Notes under the pieces: generated by a model
What the model saw: only the letters and a program-made list of their open reading frames with translations
Databases searched by the model: none
What the model was told of the DNA's origin: nothing
Shown here: in pieces, positions 1-52,159 of the stretch
How positions within the stretch are numbered: position 1 is the stretch's first letter
How the letters are laid out: each line of letters begins with the position of its first letter
Source: the human T2T-CHM13v2.0 reference genome, Homo sapiens
Length of the DNA: 64,000 nt
NCBI RefSeq assembly: GCF_009914755.1
Contig: NC_060928.1
Reading direction: 5' to 3' (one strand)
Made by a program: the position numbers and the translations under genes

Positions 1-1354
1 GAGGAACCTCCCGGGTGGATCCCAGGCCCTTGGGGAATCCTCTCCTACTCCTGGCCCCTAAGTCAGGTGTTCAGGGTTGGGGATGGGAGGCCCCAAAGTT
101 TACTGAGTGAGAGGCAGTGCAGGGCGGGAGCAGCAGGGGGCGCGGCTCTCCTGAGGACAGCGCTGGGCTCCTGCCAAGCTCAAGGCAGCCACTGTGAGCC
201 CTGCCTGCCCATTTCAGGGAAGAGCAAAGGCCACCCCAGGGAACTGCATCCCAGCTGCAGAGCAGAGAAGGGTCTTTTCACTCCGGGCCTCAGTTTCCCT
301 CTCTGTACAAGAGGACTAAATCCCCACTGCAAGGTGGTCAAGATGGTGACCGTTGGGGGCAGCATGGTCTCCAGGGAGGAGCAAGGACTTGACCTAAGGA
401 CAGGCCAAGATCTGAGGCCCACCTGCCAGAATCTCTGGCGTTGCACTCCCCCAGCCCTGTTCTAAGGATCCTAACGCCCACCTCTCAGGCGCCTCGTGAA
501 GACTGAGTCAAGTGTATGCAGAGCGCTCCAGCAGCCTCAGGGCCTACACATCGGCAGCTGTGGTTCCTTGGAAACTGTGGCAGGCTGTGCAAACTCTGAC
601 CTGCTGCAGCGCCGGTCCTGGACTCTCTCAGAGACTCAGTTTCCCCATTGTAGAGGAAAAGCTTAGGGGAAATGAGCTCTTGGGCCCTTCCCAGGGACTT
701 AGTTTTCTGCGCACTGAAGGATCCAGGGATGGAAAAGTGTTGATCTTCAGGGCCAGGTGTCTGCAGGAAAACACAGGCCCCCCAAAAAGCCAGCTCTGGG
801 CCACAGTAGCCCGCCAAGGCTTACTCGAGGGGCAGGCATCCTGGGCACGTGAAAAATTCTCCTTGCGCCTTAGGCAAGCCCACCCTGCAGAGACATGAAC
901 CGGGAGCCCTGGCCAAGGTTGAGGGAGGTTCAGCCCAGCCCTGAGGTCCCCAACTCCTAGCATTCTGGGTCATTCCAAAAAATGGCCTGAAATTCTCCAC
1001 ATCTTCAAAGTAAAGTGCACTTGAGGTTTGTAGAGGCAGAAACGCAGGTGCTATTGCCCCTTGTCAAAGGGCCTTTTAGGGGGAGAAGCTCCAGGTCCCT
1101 TCTCTCCCCGTCCCCTGGGACCCTTCAACCTTTCACTCTCTCTGGGTCCTATGGGGGCTCACACTTGGCGCCCCGCCTCCTCCCACCTCGTCCTCCCCAG
1201 ACATCTTGTCTGATGGGGCCGCTCCCTACTCAACGCCTCCCCAGGCCTTTGAGGACCCAGGGCCCTCAGGGATCAGGCCCCTCCACCTTCCCATTCCCCG
1301 AGGCCCTTTAACCTCCAGCTCCCCCTCCCTCCTCTGGACCAGAGGTACCCCTCC

Positions 1355-1832
1355 CCATTCTTAACTTGGTTATCTGTGAACCTGGATGGAAAAACATCTT
1401 TATTTACCCCAACAACTCCAACTGAAGTCCAGCATTCATTCCTTTGGGGGTGCAGTTGACCCCAGCCAGCAGGGCCTGTGGCTCCACGGCCAGCAGAAGC
1501 AGTGTTTACATCCCCATGTTACCGCCCTCACCGAAGGTGTCTCCAGTGGCAGCCCTCTGCACAGGGCTGCTGCGAAGTGTCCACTGGTATCAGACGACAG
1601 ACCGACCAGAACCTGCCATTAACATGCTGATAAAGAAGCCCATAGGCCACGCTGTCATGAATTGTTTCATGTATTTTGATAACTGTGTTTTGATAGAATT
1701 GTTCCCCTTTGTGACCCCATGGTCTTTGTTTTATGCGTTTAAATCTACTTGACGACATCGTTCTGAAAAGGACACCCAGGCTTCGCCAGGCAGCCCAGGG
1801 TACTAGGAACACACACAGTGTGAAGACCGCAG
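1355..1832. mobile_element. Old hAT-Charlie DNA transposon remnant (Charlie4-like)
   Basis: Segments such as TGGATGGAAAAACATCTTTATTT, TATTTTGATAACTGTGTTT and GGCTTCGCCAGGCAGCCCAGGG resemble the recalled Charlie4-type consensus. Confidence 0.6.
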
Positions 1833-2745
1833 CTCCAGGCTGTGCGCGCGGCGTTATCTCCTGCTGCCCCGACCTGCTTTTGCTTGGGAGCCTCTGCCCA
1901 GGTCACGGCCAGCTCCCGCTTCCCATCCTTCCTCTTCAGGCTTGACATTCACCTCCAAGGGGGGTTCTGCCTTCTCTCACAACTCCGCAGCCTTCACCCC
2001 ATCAGCTGACGCACTGTCACCAGATTCTGACTCTCGTGATGGGACCTGGGTCTGAAGGGGCCCTGCAGAAAATGCAGGAGCAATGATGAGAATGGAAACA
2101 GCTTCCGGTTCCGTGGACAGCGAGGACTCGGGAACACTGCTCAGCCATGGCCTCTGTGGTTCTTCCAACGACCCTATGAGGTTGAGAAATGCTGTCAATT
2201 CCCCTTTCCTGGAGGAGGAAACTGAGGCACAGAGGAGACTGGACACGGACAGACCCCTCCAGAGCGGGGAGAACGCATCCCCCAACGTTTCTGGGATAGG
2301 CTGGGCCCGGGGGTCCCCACCAGAAAGGACCCCTGCGTGTCTGTAGCCTCGGGTTTTCTCGACCAGGCCGACCAGAGTCCCAAGGCCTGCCGGGTGGGTC
2401 CAGGCCCGGAAGGCCAGGCGGGGCCCTGTCGGGGCCTGGGCGGGGCTGGCGGAGGGGCCGGGCCGCCCCTTCCAGCGAGGGCGGGCTGGGCGGTCGCCTT
2501 TAAAGGCGCGGGACCCGCCGCCCGCGGACCGTCAGGCTGGAGGGAGCTGGTCCCTGCGCTCCCTGCGCCCTGGGGATGCCCCTGCCGCCCTGACGCCCGC
2601 CAGCCTGAGCCACCGGCGCATGTGACCGCGCGTCCGCCCCAGTCCCATCCGTAGGCGCCCGGCGCCCGGCCCCGCAGCGGCCTCGTTGTCCCCGCCGGCC
2701 CCCGCCCGGTCTCCCGCGCTGCCACCCGCCGCCGGCCCTGCCGCC

Positions 2746-40100
<37,355 letters not shown>

Positions 40101-41043
40101 GGGGCGCATTCCTCCAGCGCCAAGCGTCAGAGCCTGCAGACAACGGAGGGCAGCGCCCCCCCGAGATCAGGACGAAGGACCACCGTCGGTCCTCAGCAGG
40201 GCGGCAGCCTCCTCCTGGCTGTCCGGGGCAGAGCGGAGGCTGGGCTTGGCCAGGGGCCCGAATTTCCGCCTGGGGAGTGTTGGATCCACATCCCGGTGCC
40301 GGGGAGGGAAGCCCAACATCCCCTTGTACAGATGATCCTGAAAGTCACTTCCAAGTTCTCCGGATATTCACAAAACTGCCTTCCATGGAGGTCCCCTCCT
40401 CTCCTAGCTTCCCGCCTCTGCCCCTGTGAACACCCATCTGCAGTATCCCCTGCTCCTGCCCCTCCTACTGCAGGTCTGGGCTGCCAAGCTTCTTCCCCCC
40501 TGACAAACGCCCACCTGACCTGAGGCCCCAGCTTCCCTCTGCCCTAGGACTTACCAAGCTGTAGGGCCAGGGCTGCTGCCTGCCAGCCTGGGGTCCCTGG
40601 AGGACAGGTCACATCTGATCCCTTTGGGGTGCGGGGGTGGGGTCCAGCCCAGAGCAGGCACTGAGTGAATGCCCCCTGGCTGCGGAGCTGAGCCCCGCCC
40701 TGCCATGAGGTTTTCCTCCCCAGGCAGGCAGGAGGCCGCGGGGAGCACGTGGAAAGTTGGCTGCTGCCTGGGGAAGCTTCTCCTCCCCAAGGCGGCCATG
40801 GGGCAGCCTGCAGAGGACAGTGGACGTGGAGCTGCGGGGTGTGAGGACTGAGCCGGCTTCCCCTTCCCACGCAGCTCTGGGATGCAGCAGCCGCTCGCAT
40901 GGAAGTGCCGCCCAGAGGCATGCAGGCTGCTGGGCACCACCCCCTCATCCAGGGAACGAGTGTGTCTCAAGGGGCATTTGTGAGCTTTGCTGTAAATGGA
41001 TTCCCAGTGTTGCTTGTACTGTATGTTTCTCTACTGTATGGAA

Positions 41044-41049
41044 AATAAA
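41044..41049 (+). terminator. HTRA3: Poly(A) signal of the long isoform
   Basis: AATAAA preceded by four TGTA motifs within about 55 nt, ending a 3' UTR of about 0.95 kb. Confidence 0.85.
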
Positions 41050-42203
41050 GTTTACAAGCACACGGTTCTCAGCCAGCAGGGCACTGGGGCAGCCTACCCA
41101 CCACTGGCCAGGGTTCTTCCTGGGGACCCATCTAACACATGACTGGGCATACCTGCAAAGACACGGGCCTTTAAAGGGTTTCTATGACAGCTGAGCACTG
41201 GGGCACACCAGGTCTCGGGGTCATGTGGCGCTGTGGAGGGCCAGCTCCGAGTCAGGCAGCCCGGCTCAAGTCCTGGCTCCTCCGCTTACTTCCGGCTTCG
41301 TGGTCTTGGGCAAGAGATGTTCCCCTCCCTACCTTGGCCTCTGCCTCTGTCCAGCAGGAAGGCTGGCTCTGCTGTGCTGACCTCCTGGATGCCCTGGGAT
41401 GCAAGGTGACAGATGCAGCACTTGGGAAGCCACCCGGCTTACGGGGAGCTCCCACTAAGCCCCACTGTGCACGTCTGGTCACATGAAGAACCCTTTCTCA
41501 CATCTATTTCACCCTCCCTGCCACCCATCCAGCGATGGGGAAACTGAGGCAGAGAGCAATTTCAATGAGCAGGAGGTCCAGGGACACTGCCCAGAGTAGC
41601 TGGAAGCGCAGCACTGGGAACCGTGAACTTGCCCCCAACCCTCTGCTCCACCCAGAGTGGGCCACCCCTGCCAGGCCCCCAGCCACTCTGGGCCCATCTA
41701 GGCTTCCATCCACCTGCCAGGCTTAGGCAGCCATGTCCACCTTCCAGGCCCTGCTCTCACTCCCGCCTGCGGCCTGGGCTCTCCACACACACCCTGGCCC
41801 CAGAGAGTAGGCTGTTGCCCCTCAGTCTTTGGGCCCTGGCTGAGAGGAGCCTATTGGGTGTTGGGGGGCTGAGGTCGGGAAGAGGGCATGGAGAGCTCTG
41901 ACCTTACCAATTATTGGAGAGGCGAGCACTTGGGGGAGGGTTGAGGGCCACCAGGGAAACCACGACCCCCATTCCCACAGCTCTCCCAAATCTGGAGGGT
42001 CAGCGGTAACTGTGGTGATTTCTGGGGTCCTGTAGGTTCTGGGGGAACCGGGTCTGGAGATTCTGCCCATTCACACTGTCCCTGCATCGGTGTCCACCAC
42101 ATGAAGCCACTTCTCCCTTGATGGCTATTCCCACCTTGCGGGGGACAAGTCTTGACACCCCAGCTCAGACCACCTTCTCAACCCCCTGTGTCTGCCCTGC
42201 AAA

Positions 42204-42327
42204 TGCCTCAGGGGAGAGCGGATCACAAATCCCAAACCCACCCACTCACTCACAGATGGGCCATGCTCTGCCTCAGGGGAGAGCGGATCACAAACCCACC
42301 TGCTCACTCACAGATGGGCTGTGCTCT
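42204..42327 (+). repeat. Two-copy tandem duplication of about 65 bp
   Basis: tgcctcaggggagagcggatcacaaa...ctcactcacagatgggc starts at 42204 and 42269. Confidence 0.85.
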
Positions 42328-42493
42328 CCTGGCTCTGTCTGGGTCGCGCTCACCTTGCAGCCTGGCTTCGGAGTCCCAAGATCCCTTGCAGGGGCCTGAC
42401 GAGCACAGCGGAGCTCCTCATCAGGAGGCTGAGCTCAGATGAGCCTCTGAGCCTCGGTTCCTCCACCTGTCAAATGGAGATAATGTTGTTTTC

Positions 42494-42763
42494 TTTTTTC
42501 TTTTTTTTTTTGAGATGGAGTTTCACTCTGTCGCCCAGTGGTGTCACCTCTGCTCACCACAACCTCCACCTCCTGGGTTCAAGCAATTCTCCTGCCTCAG
42601 CCTCCCAAGTAGCTGGGACTACAGGTGCCTGCCACCACGCCCAGCTAATTTTTGTATTTTTAGTAGGGACGGGGTTTTACCGTATTGCCAGCTGACCTTG
42701 TGATGCGCCTGCCTTGGCCTCCCAAAGTGCTGGAATTACAGGTGTGAGCCAATGTGCCTGGCC
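42494..42763 (-). mobile_element. Alu with internal deletions, minus strand
   Basis: Alu body flanked by a 17-bp TSD gataatgttgttttctt (42479 and 42764). Confidence 0.9.
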
Positions 42764-43896
42764 GATAATGTTGTTTTCTTAACAGTTTGGGTTCCATTGA
42801 AGGAGATAAACTGGCTGCGTGAGCACTGAATTAAACAGCATGAGGAGGATCCTACTCACACTCCAGGACAGAATGTGCCCCCGAGATGTTGCCTCCCACC
42901 ACCCTCCTTCTCCCTGCCCCTGGCCCCAAATGACCATGGCCTCCGGATGCCCATCTGTGCAGCAGGGAGGTGGGACGGGGGTCTCTGAGCTTGGGAGTGA
43001 GCGGGCCTGGGCTGTGGTCCCAGTTCTGACACCCTTGAACTGACCTCTGTGGGGGTCTCCAGCTCTGGGCTTCTGCATTCAGGAGGCCTGTGGCTGCCAC
43101 CTCCAGAGGAAGAGGGACAGTGGCACTCAGACAGCCCTCCCTCAGGGTCACCCTCTCGCCCACCCCGGCTGGCCCTGTCGTAGTGGGAGGTTGAGACCTC
43201 TGTCCTCTCAGCCCCCGAGACCTGACTGTTCCCTCCGGGCAGAGCCGCCTCCCTGGCTGCCCTTCCAGCTGCACTCCGTGAAAAAACAACCTTTGCAGAG
43301 GCTGCCGGCTGCTGCCCCGCCATTGTGCAACCCTCTGGCTCCTGTGCAGCCCCAGCTGCTGGGCCGCCACCCACCCCTCCGCGTGTCCCGTGAAGATGTA
43401 AACAGGGTGCTCACAAGGCCAGCGCCCACCAGGAGGAGCACCCTGCCCCAGGCTGGGTCCTCAGTGAACACCTGGAATCTCACAGGCACAGGTCCCCATG
43501 TCCCAACACCCCATGTGACAGAGACAGAAACTGAGGCCTGGAGAGGGCGAGGACCTGTTCCAGGTCACATGTGAGCCAGTGGCTGGGCTCCAGGTGACCA
43601 GCATCAGGCTCCCGTCTGTCCCTTCAGGCAGCCGTGGTGCAACTGCTGCAGGACAGACCTCCACTGCCCTGACGCGGGGCCCAGCCAGTGCCTCCAGGAG
43701 GGCAGACCCTGCCTCCCACTGCTCACCCGTGGGTCACACATCTTCCTTCCAGAGTCCCTGCCTGCTCCCTCTGGGGTGAGTGGGTTCAGAATGGATGAGC
43801 ACAGTTGGAAATTTCAGAATGGGTCAGAGTTGAAGGAGAAGGGGAGTGCCCGGGGCTGTCACCCACACCTGCTTCATTCCTACTGACCATTCCCTC

Positions 43897-44365
43897 TATC
43901 ATGGGCCAAAGAATGGCCCCCAAAGGCATCCATGTCATGACCCTCGGAGCCCTGGAATGTCTTATATGGCAAAAGGGACTTAGCACATGTGATCAAGGCA
44001 GACTCTAAAGTGGGGACATGATCCTGATTGTAGGGTGGGCCTGATGTGACACAAGGGTACTTATAAGAGGGACACAGAAAGGTTCAGCAGAAGTTAGAAA
44101 GTGGGATGATGGAGTGACAGGTGGGGGCTCTGTGGGGAGTGGCTGAGAATGCAGAGGACTTCCAGAAGCTGGAAAGGCAAGGAAAGAAAGGAAATAGTCC
44201 CTTCAGAGCCCACAGAAGGAGCCACCCCACTGACTCCTTGACTTTAGCCCAGACAAACTGATTGTAGACTCTGGCTTCTAGGACTGTGAGAGAAGGAGCG
44301 TGTGCTGTCTTAGTCGGTGAGGTTCATGGTCATTTGTTAACAGCAGCCGCAGGAACCACATCCAC
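43897..44365 (+). mobile_element. MLT1-type MaLR solo LTR
   Basis: GAATGGCCCCCAAAGGCATCCATGTC...TCCAGAAGCTGGAAAGGCAAGGAAA...TTTGTTAACAGCAGCCGCAGGAA. Confidence 0.8.
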
Positions 44366-44900
44366 TCTTCAAGCTGGCCTCCAACTTCACTCCCACCGGG
44401 AAGCCCCACCCTGCCCACGCCGAGGGCCTGGGGACCCTTTAGAGCCCTCATGGTCTCTGGTTTCTGGCTTATTTCCTTGTTCCTCTGGATGTTGACTGCT
44501 CCTTGCTTCCCCACCCGCTAGAAACATTGGCTCCAGGAGCTCAGGAACTTTGCTTAAACCGCAGCCATGTCCCCAGAGCCAACCCCAGTGCCGGGGCAGA
44601 GCAGGTGCTCAGTGAATGGGTCTTAGTTTGAATGGGACTCGTGGGCTTGAAAGTTCATCTCAGCTCTATAACTCTGGGGCCTATGTTGCCATGTCACTCC
44701 AAGCAAACCCCAAAATCCAATATCCAGGAAGGCCAGGATGTCAGGGATGGGAAGATGCAGGGTCAAGAGGTGGGGGTGGGAGGAAAATGGCCCCACTCTC
44801 CTCATAGCTACTGATCCTCTGAGCCTCAGGATCCTCTCTGAAAGTGGAGGAGCAATCTTCACTCTGCAGATATCCCCTCCAAAGGAGCAGCCCACGTGCT

Positions 44901-44985
44901 GCCCTGCACCCATGCAGCCATCAGTGAGCCCTGCACCCACGCAGCCACCACTGAGCCCTGCACCCACGCAGCCACCACTGAGCCC
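44901..44985 (+). repeat. Three-copy 27-bp tandem repeat
   Basis: gccctgcaccca(t/c)gcagcca(t/c)ca(g/c)tga starts at 44901, 44928 and 44955. Confidence 0.9.
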
Positions 44986-46009
44986 CTCTCCCAGGACCTC
45001 TCTAGGCTCCAGGGACACCCCAGGCAGGAGAGCCTCCAAGGGGAAATCCCCTCTCCTCACCTCGCCAGTTCCTGCCGCTGTCCCACTCCCTCCTCTCACT
45101 TCAGAAGAAGGGACCCCTCCTCCCTGGGCTCTGGGGCCACCCTCCATGGCTCCTTAGAGGAGAGGAGACCTTATCTCACCTCTCACCAACTGAGAGCTGC
45201 CCTCTCCCTGAGCTGCCCAAGTCCTCTCCTGTGATGTTTTATCATCACTCCACACAGTGGCCACAATCCGCACTCACCTTCCTGTCCCCAAAGAGCTCCC
45301 TTTTGCCTTCTGGGGTCCGGAGGAGAGTTCGGAGGTCGGCCATCTGCAAAACACTCCCTAACCCACTGTTCTCCTTTGACTACTGTTCACACTTTGCAGG
45401 GGACAGGCCCTGACACCTGAGCTCAGATCACCTTCTTGACCTGTGTCTGCCCAAAAATGCCAGGGAAGGAGGCGATCACCTCAAGAGGCAGGACGTCAGT
45501 GATCTTTGGGGAGAGGGCTGCTGATGGGATGGGCTGAAGGGAGGTTCTGGGGAGTCAAGACTTGGGTGCTGGTCACCTGGGGTTTGCTTTGTGATAGTGC
45601 ATTGGATTGTTAGGTTTCTCTGCAAATCCTCCCAGACCAGCAAGCCCGGCCCTTCAAACCCAGGCCAGGCAAATGTCAGAAGGATGTCCACAGCACACAT
45701 GAGTATGTGAACTCACAGCTCATGTGTGTGCACACTCAGATGCTTGTATGCATGGCACAGCACGTGTGAGTGTGCAAACACAGCTCACATGAGTACACAC
45801 ACTCAGATACATGTGCATGGCATAGCACATATAAGTGTGTACACTTCCAGCTCACAGGAATTTGCACACAGAGATGCATGTGTGCCTGCCACTGCACATG
45901 TGAGTATGTACACTCAGAGCTCATGAGTTCATGCATGCGTGCATGGGCACAGCATACATGGGGTGGGTTTTCTGGGAGCTGACAGACATGCTTGAAACAC
46001 TTTTATTTT

Positions 46010-48060
<2,051 letters not shown>

Positions 48061-51000
48061 AGAAGAACTTTAAAACATATGCTGAAAGTATAAACTACCC
48101 GCTAGCACAGCTTCAGCGGTATCACTCATTGGGTTTTTCTGAACTTCTACTCGACAAATGTTGCCCTCCTAGGTTGTTCCAGAATCAATATCATATTATG
48201 TTTAGAGCACAGAATCTGGAACCACACAATCTGCATTTGAATTTCAGCTCTGAAACTTTCTAGCTATGTGGCCATTGCCAATTTAGTTAATTTCTCTTTC
48301 CTCAGTTTTCTCATCTGTGAAATGGAGCTCATTATCATGCTCCCTTGGAGAGCGAATGATTAAACAGTATAGATACCCACTCATAATATGCTGTTAGCTA
48401 TTACCATTTTATTACTCTGAGTTTTGTACCTCTTCGTCTTTGGCTATATAAATTCAGAAAGATTACCTTGACTTTTCCTTCTATTTTATTTTTTTCATGT
48501 ACTCCTTCTTATTCTCAGATTGCTTCTTTCTTTATAGTAGCCTATTCTCGTTTTATGGATGCAAAATCTGAAATCTCTCTGGGGATAGTAATTAATATGC
48601 TTTTAATACAACTTGTTAGAAAGCACGGTGGGCTCTGTTTTCTCTACAGCTCTTGTCCACCCCAGACTGCCTCCTGGCCACTGGTCTTACTCTAGGGTCT
48701 GCTGGTCCTGTGTGTCTGTTTGAACATATGGCTGGAGGAACTGGCGGATTCAGCTAAGCACCTGTGTGGGTTTTCTTGGACATCTCCAGTCTCTGTCCTG
48801 AAAGAGAAGCTGGCCTTGACCTGTGGGTGCTGGGCAGGTGTGTCTACCAGCAGGCTTCACTTGAGGGGGCACCGAGGGGAGAGGGCAGGGAGGCTGCCTT
48901 CCAATCCCCGATGAGGAGCACCTTCGTTTGGAATACCGACCCCTGCCTTGAGACCTGGCATCTCCAGAATTGCTGGAGAGCTTCCTGCCACCACCCAGTT
49001 CAGCTCATCTGCAAACAAGTCTCAAATCCACCTGTGGGTTTTCTTTCCCTCTTCCCAGTCCATGCTCCAAACCTGTAAACCCCAGGAGGCCCTCCTGTGG
49101 TGCTGGTCTCCCGGCACCTCTATAGCCTTCTTTCCCTGGCCTTCAGCAGCGGCTCCTGCACTCTCAGCTGAGATGCATCTTACAGAAATTGTCAGAATCT
49201 TCAGTTGGTGCAAGCCCCTGTTCAGAGCCAAACCCTGGCTCTGGCAAGTTTGGCAATCTCTCTGAACCTTAGTTTCCCTATCTGTAAAATCGAGTCTTTA
49301 ATATGCATCTCACAGAGTTGTTACAACAGTTACCTGATCCTCCTCCCCTCTGGCCTGTTGCATGTCTTGGTGAAACTAGAAAAAGCTTCCTGTTCCCCAA
49401 GACACCTTCCTGCCATTGCTGAGGAGATTGCAGTGGCGGATGTACAGCACGCTCTGACCTTGAACGTGAATGGCACGGTCTAGGGAGGGCCTCCTGGATG
49501 TGATGGACATGGACATGTCTGAGGACCCAGCCACAGCAGGCACTGCAGAGCTGCTGTCCCCACTCCTGCTTCAGGAGAGAAACCCTTTCCAAACAGACCC
49601 GTTCTGCTCCTCCGCTCTCCCCTGGCTGACGGCATTCCCTGGGACTCCTGGCCCTTAAGCAAGGGTGCAGGGGACACCACGCTCCATGTTTGGTTGGCCA
49701 CACCTGAGTCACTGGGTGGCAGAGTGTAGGCATGGCAGGTTCCCGCCACACACGTGCAGACAGAATGTGCCCCTGCAGGGCCTCCTCGCCACCTGCAAGG
49801 CTGGCTCTGTGCCAGCGCCTGGCAATGTGAGAAGCTCAGGAAGCCGGGGGCAACTCCAGCCAAGGGTGGCCAGCAAGGCCCCCTTTGTGTATTTTCACAT
49901 TCACTGAAATGAAGCAAAGCCTGCTTTTAGAGAGTTCGTGACCCGAAACGTGATTGCAAGGTTACCGAGTCTTTCCAAACATTTCCCTTTGCATCTGTGC
50001 TGTGGCTCCGCCTTCCCTCCAGTTCAGCCCTGCTCCCATGCTGACTCAGAGACCAAGGAATGCTCCTTGCTGTGTGTGCCCCCACCCTCCCCCACCTCCA
50101 GATGCGGCCTTCCTCACCCTGCCTCAGGCCCACCGGAGACCCGGAGACAGTGAGGGGCTTGAGACACTTTGGGTAAATTTCTTCCTCGGCTCAGCTTCAT
50201 GGGCCGGCTAGTTTTAGAGTCCCCGCCACAGTCAGTGCCCAGGATTCATGCATCCCCAGCCAGGCCTCATCCGGCCCAGGCACCTGCCCAGCTCCTTCTC
50301 CTCATGCCTGGCTTCCTTCTGTCATTCCAGGACCAGGCCCCCCTGTGACCAGAACTCCTGCGACTACGCCCTGCTGTAGCCAGCACCTCTGCAACCAGGA
50401 CACCTGTGCCGGCCCCCTCCCTGCAACCAGGCCTCCTGTGACACCCCCCGATCCCTGCTGCAACCAGGGCCCCCTGCTGCAACCAGGGCCCCCTGCGACA
50501 GTCTCCTCCCTGCAGCCAGGCCTCCTGCAATGCCCCGCCCTGCAACCAGGCCCGCCTGGGATGAGGCCTCCCACCCCCGGCCGTGACCAGGCCCCCTGCA
50601 TTCTTCTCAGCCCCTTCGCCATCTCTCCTCCTGCCCACCATTGGCTTACCCTGCAGGTTGTATCACCACCCGGGACCCTCTTCCTCCTTAGGCTCAACAG
50701 TAATGCTAGTCTTGTTGTGGGCCGACAGGTGTGCAGAATAAATGTTGTGGAATCTTGGGTAAAGAAGACCTGGCGGGAGCCGAGAGCCAGGCACACACGT
50801 GTGAGCATTTGTCTAGCGTGTGAGCACGCTGTCTAGGGCCAGGGCCCCAAGCCGGGCCTGAATCAAGTATTCAGGTGTGAGTGGTTTGTTGCGAGGTGAT
50901 CCCTGGAAGCCCTAGTGGGACAGCAGGGAAGCGAGACAGGGAGGGAAAGGAGCCCATGTGCCTTCTTCAGACTGCCCTGGTGGGTGCCCAGGCACCATCC

Positions 51001-51631
51001 TTCTGTGACCTCTGCAGTGGTGTGTGGGACACACGGCAGCCTCGCCCACCAAGGGGAGAGGGAGCTGGGTGTTCCTCCTCCACTCCTGTCGTCCCTGGCC
51101 GAGGGCTGCTCTAGAAGACGTGGCCGGCCCGGCCCCTCCAGCAGGCCCTGGGTGAGGGCAGAGAGGAGGACTCAGGCAAAGAGCTACCGGCACTTACAAT
51201 AAGACACGGTCAGCAGGGTGGGGTGATGGGGGGCGTGGAAACCCCACAGGCAGCATCTGCGGCACAGGACACACCTGTGGGGATGCACACCTGAGATGCT
51301 TCAGTGCATTAGGTGTTGTGCAGCCCTCAGAGCCCACGGTTTAACCTCTTTTTGCCTTGTTTATATTCTAGATAGGAACATTTTAAGATCATGAAATATT
51401 TCAAGCACATAACAAATAGAAAACATAGTTAACCTATGAATCTATCATCTGGCCTGTCACACTGTTGCATTCTGATAATGAAATATCTAAAATATACCAC
51501 AGCCTCGGTTCTGATTTCTGTCACCTGCCATTTGTTCTGCCAGCGGGTTCTATTGTGGTGGGGTCAGAAGCATGCCAAAGTATAACTGTCAGCCTTGTAG
51601 GCAAATGGTCTTTTCTCTCTAGTGGATTTTA

Positions 51632-52034
<403 letters not shown>

Positions 52035-52159
52035 TTAATATTACTTATCCTCATGTTAAATACATCGTAGTACATACATGTAACAGACCCCAATGTTACA
52101 TACACATTACAGACCTCATCCTCCTCAGAAGGGATTCCCCAGGCCAGCCAATTCTCCGG

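Noticed and set aside
2686-2745. N-terminal extension of HTRA3 from the in-frame TTG at 2686
   Set aside because: Non-AUG start chosen by the ORF caller; the ATG at 2746 has a good Kozak context and begins the signal peptide.
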